DNA of 64,000 bases, taken from assembly GCA_965219315.1 (NCBI GenBank), contig CBDCNB010000003.1, forward strand, positions 1,894,463 to 1,958,462, in the 5' to 3' direction. This DNA is from Bryobacteraceae bacterium. GTDB taxonomy: Bacteria; Acidobacteriota; Terriglobia; Bryobacterales; Bryobacteraceae. Of the stretch, positions 19,701-28,749 are shown piece after piece; the first letter of the stretch is position 1; every line of letters starts with the position of its first letter. Made by a program: the position numbers and the translations under genes. The notes under the pieces are model-generated. The model was not told where the DNA came from and did not search any database. It saw only the letters and a list, made by a program, of their open reading frames with translations.

Positions 19701-20080
19701 GGATCAAGCGTTGCCCATTGCGCGACGTCGCCAACATGCTCCATTCGTTTGGATACGCCACCACCTCCGCTATGCGTCGATTTGCGGCAGGCGAACGCGA
19801 CGAGATGTTTACGCGCCAAGTGATCCGCGTTTGGGGTCGCTTCTGGTACTCTCACGCCAGCGCCGCTTTTCTAAGAGGCTATTGGTCAACCGCCAAGAAT
19901 GCCCCTTACTTGCCGCCCTCGCCGGCCGATCAGCAAATCTTGCTGGACTGCAATCTACTTGAACGCGCCTTACTGGATGTTCGAGCCGACATCAGCGAAA
20001 AACCCGAACTCGCCGGAGTGCCGCTGCGCATTATCCTGCACCTGCTGGACGCCGAAGCCGAGCGCAAAATCGGCGACTAA
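16697..20080 (+). CDS. treS: trehalose synthase (maltose alpha-D-glucosyltransferase) fused to maltokinase
   Basis: GH13 catalytic motifs (GVDGFRLDAIPYL, NHDELTLE) in the N-terminal part. The C-terminal kinase-like part carries VDFEGDP. 1127 aa. Confidence 0.9.
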   Translation: MNHSQLLSGLEDDPLWYKDAIIYEAHVRAFSDKNADGMGDFRGLADKLDYLDDLGVTAIWLLPFFPSPWKDDGYDIADFRNVHSAYGTLRDFQHFLKEAHRRGLRVITELVVNHTSDQHDWFQRSRRAPAGSRWRDFYVWSDSPDKYSDTRIIFKDFEPSNWSWDPVAKAYYWHRFYSHQPDLNFDNPLVRRAIMRTLDFWADMGVDGFRLDAIPYLYEREGTNCENLPETHAFLKELRAHLDEAYPNLMLLAEANMWPEDAVAYFGKGDECHMSFHFPLMPRLFMALRLEERLPIIEILRRTPEIPETCQWAMFLRNHDELTLEMVTDEERDYMYRVYAADQRARINLGIRRRLAPLLGNDRPRIEVMNALLFSMPGTPVIYYGDEIGMGDNVYLGDRNGVRTPMQWSPDRNAGFSAANPQKLYLPVTIDPAYHYESLNVEAQQDNPHSLLSWMKRLIALRKQYKAFGRGTLEFLSPSNQRVVAYFRRYEDEVILVVANLSRFAQPVELDLHRYKGYTPVEMFGRTDFPLVGDGYYPVTLGPNSFYWFALEQRAVPVTRSNPSVEDGRLDIPIVAVPNLAGIWHENVRANIASILPKYIYSRRWFKSKERRFRSVGIADVIPVSADRYVLLLVRIEFTAGDPETYLLPVGSARGDEAQILSADHSDWLIAEVRAADGSRKFLYDATSSDEFSSAILEVFARRKRLTGEAGVLTGQRNRVFRRIWGSTHPNLEPVLEPSSEVDTSIRFGDRFMLKLLRQIQAGANPGVEMGHVLTEQHSFANAAPYTGDLTYRNTAVGTEAVFGVLHGYVPNDGDAWHYTRDHLDDFLDRMQAPGHSRADVEKSAPINFYDLSFALAEPPDLAKELIGSYLPFAETMGTRIAAMHALLARPTADPAFSPEPFTDFYRQSLYHSYVGLTDRRFEFLRQRYGDMEPDIRMMATRVLEQADAVAARFHQLYAQRIYSLRTRYHGRLHLGHLLVNGDDVTMVDFEGDPTLYVSERRIKRCPLRDVANMLHSFGYATTSAMRRFAAGERDEMFTRQVIRVWGRFWYSHASAAFLRGYWSTAKNAPYLPPSPADQQILLDCNLLERALLDVRADISEKPELAGVPLRIILHLLDAEAERKIGD

Positions 20081-20114
20081 AAATAACGGCGGCGTAGTAT
20101 TCAGCTACGCCGCT
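20078..20114 (-). terminator. strong hairpin between convergent treS and deoR-family gene, U-run on minus strand
   Basis: GCGGCGTAG (20089-20097) pairs with CTACGCCGC (20105-20113) across a 7-nt loop. On the minus strand it is followed by GUUAUUUUU. It overlaps the last codons of the DeoR gene. Confidence 0.55.
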
Positions 20115-20899
20115 TCCTCTGCGGCAGCGTATGTAACAGCAAGCCCTAAATGCTCGTAAAGGCTCTCCGCTTCCTTGAAAATCTTTTGCTCGACAACTAT
20201 TCCGGTGGCGATTGTAACGGGACCGATAACATAAGGAGATGCGGCATTGAACTTTTCGGAAGTTACTAAAACTATCGTCTCCGCTGAAGCCTCGCTCATG
20301 GCGCGCTTAACGTGAGCTTCTTCTAAATCACCGGTGCTAAGGCCCACGTCAGGATGGATCCCTGTAACGCCCATGAAAAAAATGTCTGCCCGGACGCGGC
20401 TTATTGCTTCTATTGTTGCGGCTCCCACGCTCACAATAGAATGCTTGAAAAGTCGACCCCCTAATAAAATCACGTCAATTGCTGTATGCCCGGTAAGCTC
20501 GACAGCAATCGTAGGACTGTGCGTTACGATAGTTGCTCGCAGATCGCGACGAATATGACGAACTAACTCGCGTGTGGTGGTTCCGCCATCCATGAACACG
20601 ACCTGATCGGGCTGTAACATGGCAGCTGCGACTCTGCCGATCGCCGTTTTTGCGGAGGAAGCAAGTTGTTCGCGTCCCGCGAAATTGACAGAAGCAGGGG
20701 AGGCCGGTAGCGCTCCACCATGAACACGCTGTAGTAAACCCTCTTGCGCAAGCTCACGCAGATCGCGACGGATAGTGTCTTCGGACAAACCCATCTCTTG
20801 ACTAACCAGCTTGACCACTATTTGGCCCTCTTCTTTAAGCTTGTTAAGTATTGTTTGCTTTCGATGAGTTGTTAACACGTCACTAAGGCGAAAGTTCAT
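20105..20899 (-). CDS. DeoR family transcriptional regulator
   Basis: N-terminal DeoR HTH (ILNKLKEEGQIVVKLVSQEMGLSEDTIRRDLREL) and C-terminal DeoR sugar-binding domain. Start taken at MNFRL (ATG 20899). Confidence 0.85.
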   Translation of the reverse strand: MNFRLSDVLTTHRKQTILNKLKEEGQIVVKLVSQEMGLSEDTIRRDLRELAQEGLLQRVHGGALPASPASVNFAGREQLASSAKTAIGRVAAAMLQPDQVVFMDGGTTTRELVRHIRRDLRATIVTHSPTIAVELTGHTAIDVILLGGRLFKHSIVSVGAATIEAISRVRADIFFMGVTGIHPDVGLSTGDLEEAHVKRAMSEASAETIVLVTSEKFNAASPYVIGPVTIATGIVVEQKIFKEAESLYEHLGLAVTYAAAEEAA

Positions 20900-20957
20900 T
20901 CTACTAACTTGCTTGACATTGCACGAACCTGCACGATATTCTTTGGTTCTAAGTTGT

Positions 20958-21332
20958 ATGGAAACTTCTAAGTCTCTCCTCATCCTAATTGCCGGTCCTT
21001 ATCGATCCGGCACCAACGATCAGCCAGAAAAAATGGCAGCCAATCTTTCCGCCTTAGAACAATATGCGCTTCCTCTTTTCCGCGCCGGGCATATGCCGAT
21101 GATCGGTGAGTGGGTTGCTCTCCCGATACTCCGCCATGCCGGGTCTCAAAAGGTCGGAGATTTGATTTATGAGGAGTTTCTTTACCCAGTGGCAAGTCGC
21201 CTTCTAGAACGTTGCGATGCCGTTTTGCGAATTCCTGGTACATCAAAAGGAGCCGATCAGGACGTTTCTATCGCACAGCGCCGCGGCTTGCCGGTCTACT
21301 TTCGTCTCGAAGATATCCCTAATGCCAGCTAG
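20958..21332 (+). CDS. hypothetical protein, DUF4406 / nucleoside 2-deoxyribosyltransferase-like fold (tentative)
   Basis: ILIAGPYRSGT near the N-terminus and CDAVLRIPGTSKGADQDVSIAQRRGLPVY near the C-terminus resemble that superfamily. The start is uncertain. Confidence 0.4.
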   Translation: METSKSLLILIAGPYRSGTNDQPEKMAANLSALEQYALPLFRAGHMPMIGEWVALPILRHAGSQKVGDLIYEEFLYPVASRLLERCDAVLRIPGTSKGADQDVSIAQRRGLPVYFRLEDIPNAS

Positions 21333-21367
21333 TCGAACGCCGGGCAAGCAAAAAGCAGCTATTCTAA

Positions 21368-22990
21368 CTACCGGTACCGGTAAACACTTGCTTTCTCAAT
21401 GTGCGTGCCGCTCGGCGAAAAGCGCCAATAACGCCCCTGATCGTTCTCATCCCCGTTCAGCCGCCTCTCAGGATGCCAATTATCGCCGGAGAACGATCCC
21501 TCCTCGATGGAACCGACGCCGACCAACGATAGTCCGGGCGTCAGCGGCGCAAAGGAAACGCGGAAGCCCGAACCAACCCCGATAAATCCATCCTTACCAT
21601 CGTTCATGATCAATCCATAGCCTCGCTCGGCGCTGCTGCCGAAGATCTCATCCAACCGAATATGTAATTGGTAACCGTTCAGATTGGCGAACGCGTCAGG
21701 GTTCTCTTTTGTCAGCACAAACCCCGTCATTTCGCCTTTGCCCTGATGAGCCAAGATCAGCGGAGCCATTTGTAAAAGCACCGAGTAACTCTTCCCGAGA
21801 TCGTTATCTCGATCGTTCCAAGAGTCGATGCCGAACGGCGCGAAGCCCATGCCATCCTCATGCCCCAGGGCATAGAAAACGTTCTCCTGTCCAGCCTTCC
21901 CACCGCGCGTTTCCGGAATAAACAACGGATTGCCGCTGCGATGATAGCGGTCGCACCATCCCGTAAAATCCGCCGCATAAATATCTGGCGAGTAGATATC
22001 GATGGCAGAGCCCGCAGCCTTCCACATGTCCATCACTTCCGGAAGAGGACCGCCGCTAGGAAACTCTCCCGGCAGCTTCGTTAGCCCGCCCAGCCAGGTG
22101 TTGACATACATCGGAATCGGATACTCTGCTTTTCCGGCTGCGGCTACACGTTGCACGAAACGCCCGTAGTTCCAGGCCATAAAAATCTGATCCGTCCGCG
22201 CACCCACCCCAAACACCTGCTCCCAAGTCCCCGCTGTCTTCGCGCCGTTGGCCTCCCAAATCTGTCGAAACTCCGGAATCGAATTGTCTCGATGCTGCCG
22301 TAGATAATCGAAAACCTGCTGTGGTACTGCACCTTCGTATGCTTTATTCGCTGCTGGAGAGCGATCCCGCGAGTCGCCCAGCACGCCTACCTCGTTCTCT
22401 ACCTGCATCATCAAAATCGTGTGCTTATCCCCGTCCACCTGCCGGATATGGCGCATCACCATTGCAAACGCGCGCGCATCCGCCTTCACGGTGGCCTCGC
22501 CCAGTGTGCTCAAAATCTCCATCGTCGCGCCATTTCGCTCCATCGCTCGCGGGAATCGCCGAGTGTCTTGCTTTACCCACAAAGGCGGGTAGCTCGACAT
22601 GCCGTTCTTCCAACTCGCCAGCCAAAGAAACACGATATGTAGATTGTTTTGGCGCGCCTGTTTGATCAGCCCGTCCACTAACGAAAAATCGAATTTACCC
22701 TCCACGGGTTCTGTCAGTTCCCAGGAAAGCGGTGTTAAAACAGTGTTCAAAGGGATTGCTGCCAGGCGCGGCCAAATCGGATTCATGTACTCCAAGCTCG
22801 ACGAGCTGGAGTTATGGATTTCCGCCGCCAACATCAGAAATGGCTTGCCGTCCACCACCAACTGTGTCGCGCGCCCAGTGTGCTGAAGGTGCGGTATGCC
22901 GGTGTCGGACGCCTGTGGTTGCGCCGCAAAAAAGGAACTGCCAAACAACGTCAAGCAGAGCAGAGAAATGAACGAAAATTTCAATTTCAT
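21368..22990 (-). CDS. secreted glycoside hydrolase, GH35-like beta-galactosidase family with C-terminal beta-sandwich (DUF5597-like)
   Basis: Signal peptide MKLKFSFISLLCLTLFGSSFFAA. TIM-barrel GH-A style motifs (NTVLTPLSWELTEPVEGKFDF, MMQVENEVG). Confidence 0.6.
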   Translation of the reverse strand: MKLKFSFISLLCLTLFGSSFFAAQPQASDTGIPHLQHTGRATQLVVDGKPFLMLAAEIHNSSSSSLEYMNPIWPRLAAIPLNTVLTPLSWELTEPVEGKFDFSLVDGLIKQARQNNLHIVFLWLASWKNGMSSYPPLWVKQDTRRFPRAMERNGATMEILSTLGEATVKADARAFAMVMRHIRQVDGDKHTILMMQVENEVGVLGDSRDRSPAANKAYEGAVPQQVFDYLRQHRDNSIPEFRQIWEANGAKTAGTWEQVFGVGARTDQIFMAWNYGRFVQRVAAAGKAEYPIPMYVNTWLGGLTKLPGEFPSGGPLPEVMDMWKAAGSAIDIYSPDIYAADFTGWCDRYHRSGNPLFIPETRGGKAGQENVFYALGHEDGMGFAPFGIDSWNDRDNDLGKSYSVLLQMAPLILAHQGKGEMTGFVLTKENPDAFANLNGYQLHIRLDEIFGSSAERGYGLIMNDGKDGFIGVGSGFRVSFAPLTPGLSLVGVGSIEEGSFSGDNWHPERRLNGDENDQGRYWRFSPSGTHIEKASVYRYR

Positions 22991-23136
22991 AGTTCGTAGC
23001 AAACCGCTATGAACTATATCACCGACTTTTTTATTCTCTACTCTTACTACTTCACTGAAGTTCTCCACATTCGGTGTTCTCGCAAAATTGTCATTAAGTT
23101 TTCCACTGTGCGAGATCCGGCGCCCAAAGACGTAAG

Positions 23137-24696
23137 CTATTTAGATTTCCAAACTTCATCGAAGCACCACGTGTTTTTGCAAGCAATCTGCTTGATCCGT
23201 GCGTGGTCGGCATGAAGCTGATGCACCACCCAAGAGTTTTCGTCATCGGCAACAAAAAAGTGTGTTGTCCTACTCAAAAAGTCCCCATAGTCAGACACGG
23301 CCATCGGACTAAACTCACGGAGATTGTACATATTCAAATCCGCAGAGTTACTCCCCAAGAATTTAGTGCTTAATTTTGGATTGCTTACATACTGTAACCT
23401 TGCCCTCATTGCACCTCGAGCATAGAAGTACATTGGAGAGAAAACGACGGGATCTCCAATTACGATAGGTCCTTTGGCGCGATCAGCTTCTTTAGCGATC
23501 CAGTCGGCCTGCTGCTCGAAAGAAAGAGGCCGGTAGTTAGGTACGATTAGCCGCTCAGCCATCATGGAGAGGGTCAGAACTAGAATCAGCAAAGCCGGGA
23601 GTGTTGTTCCGCGAAATGCGCGATAGGCAAGAATTCCGGTGTAAAGAGCGACCGGTATTGCCATAACAATGGCATAGCGCATCGTAAATCCACCGGTCAG
23701 CTTTCCCTGCAAATAACCATAAATCGGAGAGCAGAGAACAGTTAACCAAGCTACGTGTTCATACAAAGGCACGCGTGGTTCTCGGAAGCCTTCGGATTTC
23801 ATCCAAACAGGTAGACGGTCTCGAATAATCAAAATGAGAAGCACAATCAGAATGAGACCGGCGGACCATTTCCATCCGACAAGCGACCAAACCATTTCTT
23901 TGATTGAGGGCTTGGCCCAGTAAGAACTCAAGTATCGATGAATTGCGGGCATCAATGGTCTGTAAAACAGAAGTGGACATCCGCCTATGCAGATAGCTAT
24001 CCAGATCGGAACATCGAACCGTTTGCGGAGGAATGTCCTGCTTCCTTCACCGGCAAACAGCGCAAGGAGAATCAGCGAAGCACTATAATGATTGCTGACA
24101 GCGGCTGCAACAACCGCGGCCAGAAGCGCAAGCGATGTCCTTCGGCGAATATCGAGAGAAGCATTGCGCCAACAGAGCAACGCTGCTGAACCGAAGCCGA
24201 GCATTGCGGCATACCCTCGCCCTTCGGTCACATACAAAGCTGCGGTTGTTAAGAACGGCAAGAATGAAACAGTCAATGCATAGGTGAAGCTGACGTACCT
24301 GCGAACAACAGCGTACAGGCAGCCCATCATGAGCAAAAACTCAAGCAACGACGGCAAGCGAACAGCCAATTCTGTATTAGAAGTAAACCAATAGAAGAAT
24401 CGAACCGGTACATAGAGGAGAGGCGGATTGGTGTCCGCCCCTGCTCTGAGGGCTTCCCACAAGCGAGAGAACGGAAGGCGAGCCAATAGGGCAGTGTTTA
24501 TCTCGTCGAACCAGAGTTTGTGGTGAGTTGCTGAAAAGAATGTCAGAGACAGATAGAATGCCAAGGAAAGACAGACAAACCAAGATGCCCGCAAGGCGAT
24601 GAGATGCGATACGCGTCTTTCAAGTCCGCTGATAAAGGAAGACTGCTCCACTTCTTTCGAACTTAATTGTTGTGGCTGCTCAATAGTCGGGTTCAT
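23137..24696 (-). CDS. GT-C fold membrane glycosyltransferase (GT39/ArnT-like)
   Basis: About 12 predicted TM segments. A first-loop acidic motif (LWFDEIN) like ArnT/PMT enzymes. Start is 1 nt after the stop of the upstream GT2 gene. Confidence 0.65.
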   Translation of the reverse strand: MNPTIEQPQQLSSKEVEQSSFISGLERRVSHLIALRASWFVCLSLAFYLSLTFFSATHHKLWFDEINTALLARLPFSRLWEALRAGADTNPPLLYVPVRFFYWFTSNTELAVRLPSLLEFLLMMGCLYAVVRRYVSFTYALTVSFLPFLTTAALYVTEGRGYAAMLGFGSAALLCWRNASLDIRRRTSLALLAAVVAAAVSNHYSASLILLALFAGEGSRTFLRKRFDVPIWIAICIGGCPLLFYRPLMPAIHRYLSSYWAKPSIKEMVWSLVGWKWSAGLILIVLLILIIRDRLPVWMKSEGFREPRVPLYEHVAWLTVLCSPIYGYLQGKLTGGFTMRYAIVMAIPVALYTGILAYRAFRGTTLPALLILVLTLSMMAERLIVPNYRPLSFEQQADWIAKEADRAKGPIVIGDPVVFSPMYFYARGAMRARLQYVSNPKLSTKFLGSNSADLNMYNLREFSPMAVSDYGDFLSRTTHFFVADDENSWVVHQLHADHARIKQIACKNTWCFDEVWKSK

Positions 24697-24697
24697 C

Positions 24698-25702
24698 TTA
24701 CGACGCTCGGGATTCGATCACCTGCACACTCGGCAAAATGGAAGTACACTTTAGTACGAAATAGCTGTAATCGCGTACCGGCAGAAACCCTGGATTGATC
24801 CGAGCCATCATGATGGAAAAAACTAAACCAAATGAGATGGCCAGCAATTGACCTCCGAGTAGGACGACCGTTGCGACGCTGATGATCTCCCACAAAGGGA
24901 TTTCCCAGCCGCGATAGGTCCAGATGGCTGCGAGTGCGGTCAAGGTGCCAAGAAGAGCCGCCCCAACTGCCAACAGGCTTACAAAAATGCGAGTTCCGAC
25001 CAGTTCATGATGAGCAAACAACGCTGAAAGCCCGTGGATCACTAAGCTCACAAAATTCATCTTCGACCGGCCATGAAGCCGGGTGCCTCGGTCGGCACGG
25101 ATGGTGGTGTAAGGAATGCGAGATTTTAAAACTGCCGCGGCGTAGTGGTTCCAGAGTTCCGGCAATACCACTAGGTTGTTCAGCCGTTCAAAAGGGATTA
25201 CGCTGAAATTCCCGACACGAATACCCGTTCCAGTCGCAAACCGGTGAAGCATTCGGTAGAAGAAATAAAATGTTTTAAACAGAGCGCCTTCTACTCGTCG
25301 GCCGCGTTCGGCGAAAACAATGGCAGGAGAGCGCTGTTTGACCAGCGACTCTATCAAACGAGGAATATCCGAAGCCCGATCTTCTCCGTCAGCATCCATC
25401 ACAACTACGGCATCACAGGGAATATTTTGCTGAATATACGTGAGTGAGATCGCGATAGCGCGTTGATGTCCTAAGTTTCTGCCGAGAAAGAGAACTTTCA
25501 CATCTCGTAAGTGGGAAGCCCGGCAATTTTTGAACAGGTCCTGCTGGGGTTCCACGGAAGACCCGTCATTGATCAAGAGAATTGTTAATGAGCTTTTGGC
25601 GAAAACTGACGCTTCCCGGCATAACAGCTCGCAAAGCAGAGATGCCGCCTCCCAATCGTTGTAGACAGGCATCGTGATCACAAAATGCATAAGCGCTCCC
25701 AC
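24698..25702 (-). CDS. GT2 polyprenyl-phosphate glycosyltransferase (ArnC/GtrB-like) with C-terminal TM helices
   Basis: PVYND, LINDGSS and DXD (VMDADGED) motifs, with two C-terminal TM helices. Confidence 0.8.
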   Translation of the reverse strand: MGALMHFVITMPVYNDWEAASLLCELLCREASVFAKSSLTILLINDGSSVEPQQDLFKNCRASHLRDVKVLFLGRNLGHQRAIAISLTYIQQNIPCDAVVVMDADGEDRASDIPRLIESLVKQRSPAIVFAERGRRVEGALFKTFYFFYRMLHRFATGTGIRVGNFSVIPFERLNNLVVLPELWNHYAAAVLKSRIPYTTIRADRGTRLHGRSKMNFVSLVIHGLSALFAHHELVGTRIFVSLLAVGAALLGTLTALAAIWTYRGWEIPLWEIISVATVVLLGGQLLAISFGLVFSIMMARINPGFLPVRDYSYFVLKCTSILPSVQVIESRAS

Positions 25703-25846
25703 ACTGTTTTGTAGTGTGACAACGCTTCATTCACAAATCTATTCCCCGAAGGATATATGAAGTACCAATTAGTCCAAGTATTTGGACTAGCATCTGTAAC
25801 TCAGAGGTGCGCGACCACTCAGGCGATTCTGCAAGTCTCGGCGAGC

Positions 25847-27790
25847 TTACTTCACCGCCGTCAAAATCTCGCCCAGCCGATCCGGCGTGCCGTCCACCCG
25901 CTCCAGCTTTGGCACGCGCAAGCCACCGTGATAATCCAACTCGAATGTTTGGAATGTATCGCCTCGCTTCATCAGTAACTTGATAGGCGCTTTCCCTTTT
26001 TCCGCTTCGATAATCGCCTTGCGCAGCTCCTCCACTTTGAACGTCTGGCCATTTACCGCCATCAACTGCATGTCCGGAGTAATCCCTGCTTTGAACGCCA
26101 CGCTGTCCCACCAAACCGTACCGATCTCACCGTTCGCCCGAACCGAAAATCCGAGCGAGGTAGAAAAACTCACCGCCAGATTCGGCCTTTTTTCCTGCTT
26201 CAGCCATTCCGGAATCTTGTCGCTATAAGTCAGCTTGTACCCACCCTGAGTAATGCCTGCCTCCGGCGTTTGAGGTGCCAGTTCATACACACGAGAGCGC
26301 AGAAATTGATTCCAGTCGTACGGTTGAACCTTGTTCAAAGCCGCCACCAAGTCCTCGAATTTGTAAGTCTTGGTAATGTAGCTGCCATTATCGATTCCTA
26401 AAAACAACTTCGCGAAGTCGTCCAGCGATTTCTTGCCGCCGCTTAACTCCCGAATCTTTGTGTCGGCATCCAGCCAAATCAGCAGACCCTCCGTGTAATA
26501 ATCCTCCGGACGCTGCCAAGTCACCCAGCTCACCGGAGCCCGCTGCGAAATGATCGGTTGGTTGGTCGTATCGATCAACGGTCGCCACGTCCTGCCAAGA
26601 CTCGCATCGAAGTTCGCGGCAATGAGAGCAATCAGATCGCGTGTCTGCTCCGGCGTGCGTAGCCCCGCGCGCGCCGTCAGCACGAAACCATAATATTCCG
26701 TCATCCCCTCGTACACCCAAAGCAAATCATCCCGCTTAGGGGTGTTGAAGTTCGGCGTCCACAGATCGGCAGGCCTGCGGAACTTGCCGTTCCACGAGTG
26801 TGTATACTCATGCGCTAACAGATCGCGCCCAGCGACTCCAGCGTCCCAATCGGTCAAGTAATTGGCACGTGCGCCGTCCTCGCTCGATTGATGATGCTCC
26901 AGCCCGATCCCACCTACGACATCGCTCAGCAGAAATAAAAAGTCGTAGTGATCGTAGTGATGTGAGTTATAAAGCTTAGCCGCCTGCTGCGCCAAGTTCC
27001 GGTGCAATTGCAGCTTTTCCGGCGTCATCGCCAGATCGGTGGGCGAATCGGCCACTATGTTCAGAAACACATGGTTATCGGGCGACGGTGAAAGGTCCAA
27101 GCGCTTGAAGTTGATTCCCGCGTAAACCGGCGAATCCACTAGCGTATTAAAAGACGTGTCTTTAAACCGCACCGTGTTTCCCTCATGCGAACGGACCTCC
27201 AACGCCGAAGCAAACTGCCAGCCTTCCGGCAGCTTGAGCGATGGGGCAAACTGGATGCGGCGCGCAAAGTAACCCGCCGGATAAAGCACCACGGTATTCC
27301 ACGCTAAATCGGCCAGCTTCGCTGAAATCGACACTCGCCCTTCTCTGGAGCTTTCGGGAGCCAGATACTCAAACTCCACGTCCAGCGTTTTCACCCCTGC
27401 CGGTACATCGACATGGAATGCATACACATTTACGCGATCCCGCACCCAAGTGATCGTCTTCCCGTCGGCCTTGATAAACAATCCCGCAATCTTTGAAATC
27501 GGCCCCGTCGGCGAATGGTTCCCCGGAATCCATTGCGGATATAAAAGAACCAATTTGCCTTCTTTCACCGGAATAGTCTCGTGGACACTCAACACCCGCC
27601 GTTGAATATTCGTGATATCCACTGCCAAATCAATCGTGCCCGGATAAGGCTTATCTTCGGGTGCCGCAATCGGAGGTGGCAGCGGCACCGGCTGCGGACC
27701 CGGTGAATTCTGCGCATACGCCAACGAAGTCGTTGCGATCAATCCAACAATTAAACTGATGATGTGTATAGGCCGAAGTAAGTGAATCAC
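25847..27790 (-). CDS. M61 family glycyl aminopeptidase with C-terminal PDZ domain, secreted
   Basis: Signal peptide, zinc motif HEYTHSWNG, and a PDZ-like C-terminus. Confidence 0.85.
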   Translation of the reverse strand: MIHLLRPIHIISLIVGLIATTSLAYAQNSPGPQPVPLPPPIAAPEDKPYPGTIDLAVDITNIQRRVLSVHETIPVKEGKLVLLYPQWIPGNHSPTGPISKIAGLFIKADGKTITWVRDRVNVYAFHVDVPAGVKTLDVEFEYLAPESSREGRVSISAKLADLAWNTVVLYPAGYFARRIQFAPSLKLPEGWQFASALEVRSHEGNTVRFKDTSFNTLVDSPVYAGINFKRLDLSPSPDNHVFLNIVADSPTDLAMTPEKLQLHRNLAQQAAKLYNSHHYDHYDFLFLLSDVVGGIGLEHHQSSEDGARANYLTDWDAGVAGRDLLAHEYTHSWNGKFRRPADLWTPNFNTPKRDDLLWVYEGMTEYYGFVLTARAGLRTPEQTRDLIALIAANFDASLGRTWRPLIDTTNQPIISQRAPVSWVTWQRPEDYYTEGLLIWLDADTKIRELSGGKKSLDDFAKLFLGIDNGSYITKTYKFEDLVAALNKVQPYDWNQFLRSRVYELAPQTPEAGITQGGYKLTYSDKIPEWLKQEKRPNLAVSFSTSLGFSVRANGEIGTVWWDSVAFKAGITPDMQLMAVNGQTFKVEELRKAIIEAEKGKAPIKLLMKRGDTFQTFELDYHGGLRVPKLERVDGTPDRLGEILTAVK

Positions 27791-27852
27791 GATGCTGTAA
27801 ACCTGATGAAGAAAGAGTATAGCGTGCGCTTGCCCGGATGCGCTTTGTCACG

Positions 27853-27890
27853 CCCTGTTGTACCCTGTTGTACCCTGTTGTACCCTGTTG
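27853..27890. repeat. 10-bp tandem repeat CCCTGTTGTA x3.8
   Basis: Units at 27853, 27863 and 27873, plus a partial unit at 27883-27890. Lies in the divergent M61/lemA intergenic region. Confidence 0.95.
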
Positions 27891-27920
27891 CTTGCGGATT
27901 CCTTACCAACAGGAGGGTTT

Positions 27921-28676
27921 GTGATAATTTTCTTTATTGTCGTTGCGATTGTTGCCGTTTGGGGCGTTAAGCTCTATAACAGCCTGAAAGGCTTGGCGGA
28001 GGCGGTGCGCTCCCGGCGCGCGAACATATTTGCGGTGACCAAAAAGCGGGCTGATCTTGCCGCCCAGCTCGTCAACATTGCAGAAAACTACGGCTCCCAC
28101 GAGAAGCTTTCGCATTTCCAGGTATCTGAAGACCTCACCTCCATCGCAGGACTCGCCTCGGTCAACAAGAAGGCTGATCGCATGATCAATCAGGTCGTCT
28201 CGATGGCGCAAAACTTCCCCGATCTGAAAGCAAATCAAACTTATCAGCAGCTCATGCAGCAACTCGAAAAAATCGAGGCCGAAATTCTACAGCGCCGGGA
28301 AACTTACAACCAGGTGGTGGAGCGCTATAACGCGCACAGGGTTCGTGTGCCGCAGGTGTTTGTGGCGAACCTTTGTCACTTTGGAGAAGCACCGTACTTC
28401 GAAGTAAACGCCGAAGGGCTGGACGACATTGCCGTGTTCCATACCGGGGACACAAAAGCTTTGGAGGATGTCATGCGCCGGGCGGGAACAAGGGCGCAAG
28501 CGTTTGCCAAGCAAGCCTCAGCTTATGCCCGATCCCACAATGGTGAAGCTGTTCCCCTTTCCACCGCAAACGCCGGGTATGAAAACGAGCTGTCCCCGAA
28601 TGGGCATTTGCTGGACCGATCTGCCGACGGTCAAGCTCCTGGCGATAGAAGTAAAGATTCCGCCGATCATACCTGA
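27921..28676 (+). CDS. LemA family protein with extended C-terminal tail
   Basis: N-terminal TM helix then LemA core (KLYNSLKGL...ETYNQVVERYNAHR). GTG start 4 nt after AGGAGG. The track ORF start (27858) runs through the tandem repeat. Confidence 0.8.
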   Translation: MIIFFIVVAIVAVWGVKLYNSLKGLAEAVRSRRANIFAVTKKRADLAAQLVNIAENYGSHEKLSHFQVSEDLTSIAGLASVNKKADRMINQVVSMAQNFPDLKANQTYQQLMQQLEKIEAEILQRRETYNQVVERYNAHRVRVPQVFVANLCHFGEAPYFEVNAEGLDDIAVFHTGDTKALEDVMRRAGTRAQAFAKQASAYARSHNGEAVPLSTANAGYENELSPNGHLLDRSADGQAPGDRSKDSADHT

Positions 28677-28693
28677 TCTAGACGGTTTAGTGC

Positions 28694-28730
28694 AAAAAAA
28701 AGGCCACCTGTGACAAGCACAAGCGGCCTT
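28694..28730 (-). terminator. intrinsic terminator for the gdh-mutS-anmK strand
   Basis: AAGGCC (28700-28705) pairs with GGCCTT (28725-28730). On the minus strand a run of 8 U (complement of A 28694-28701) follows. Confidence 0.55.
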
Positions 28731-28749
28731 CGCTTAAATAATGCTGACT

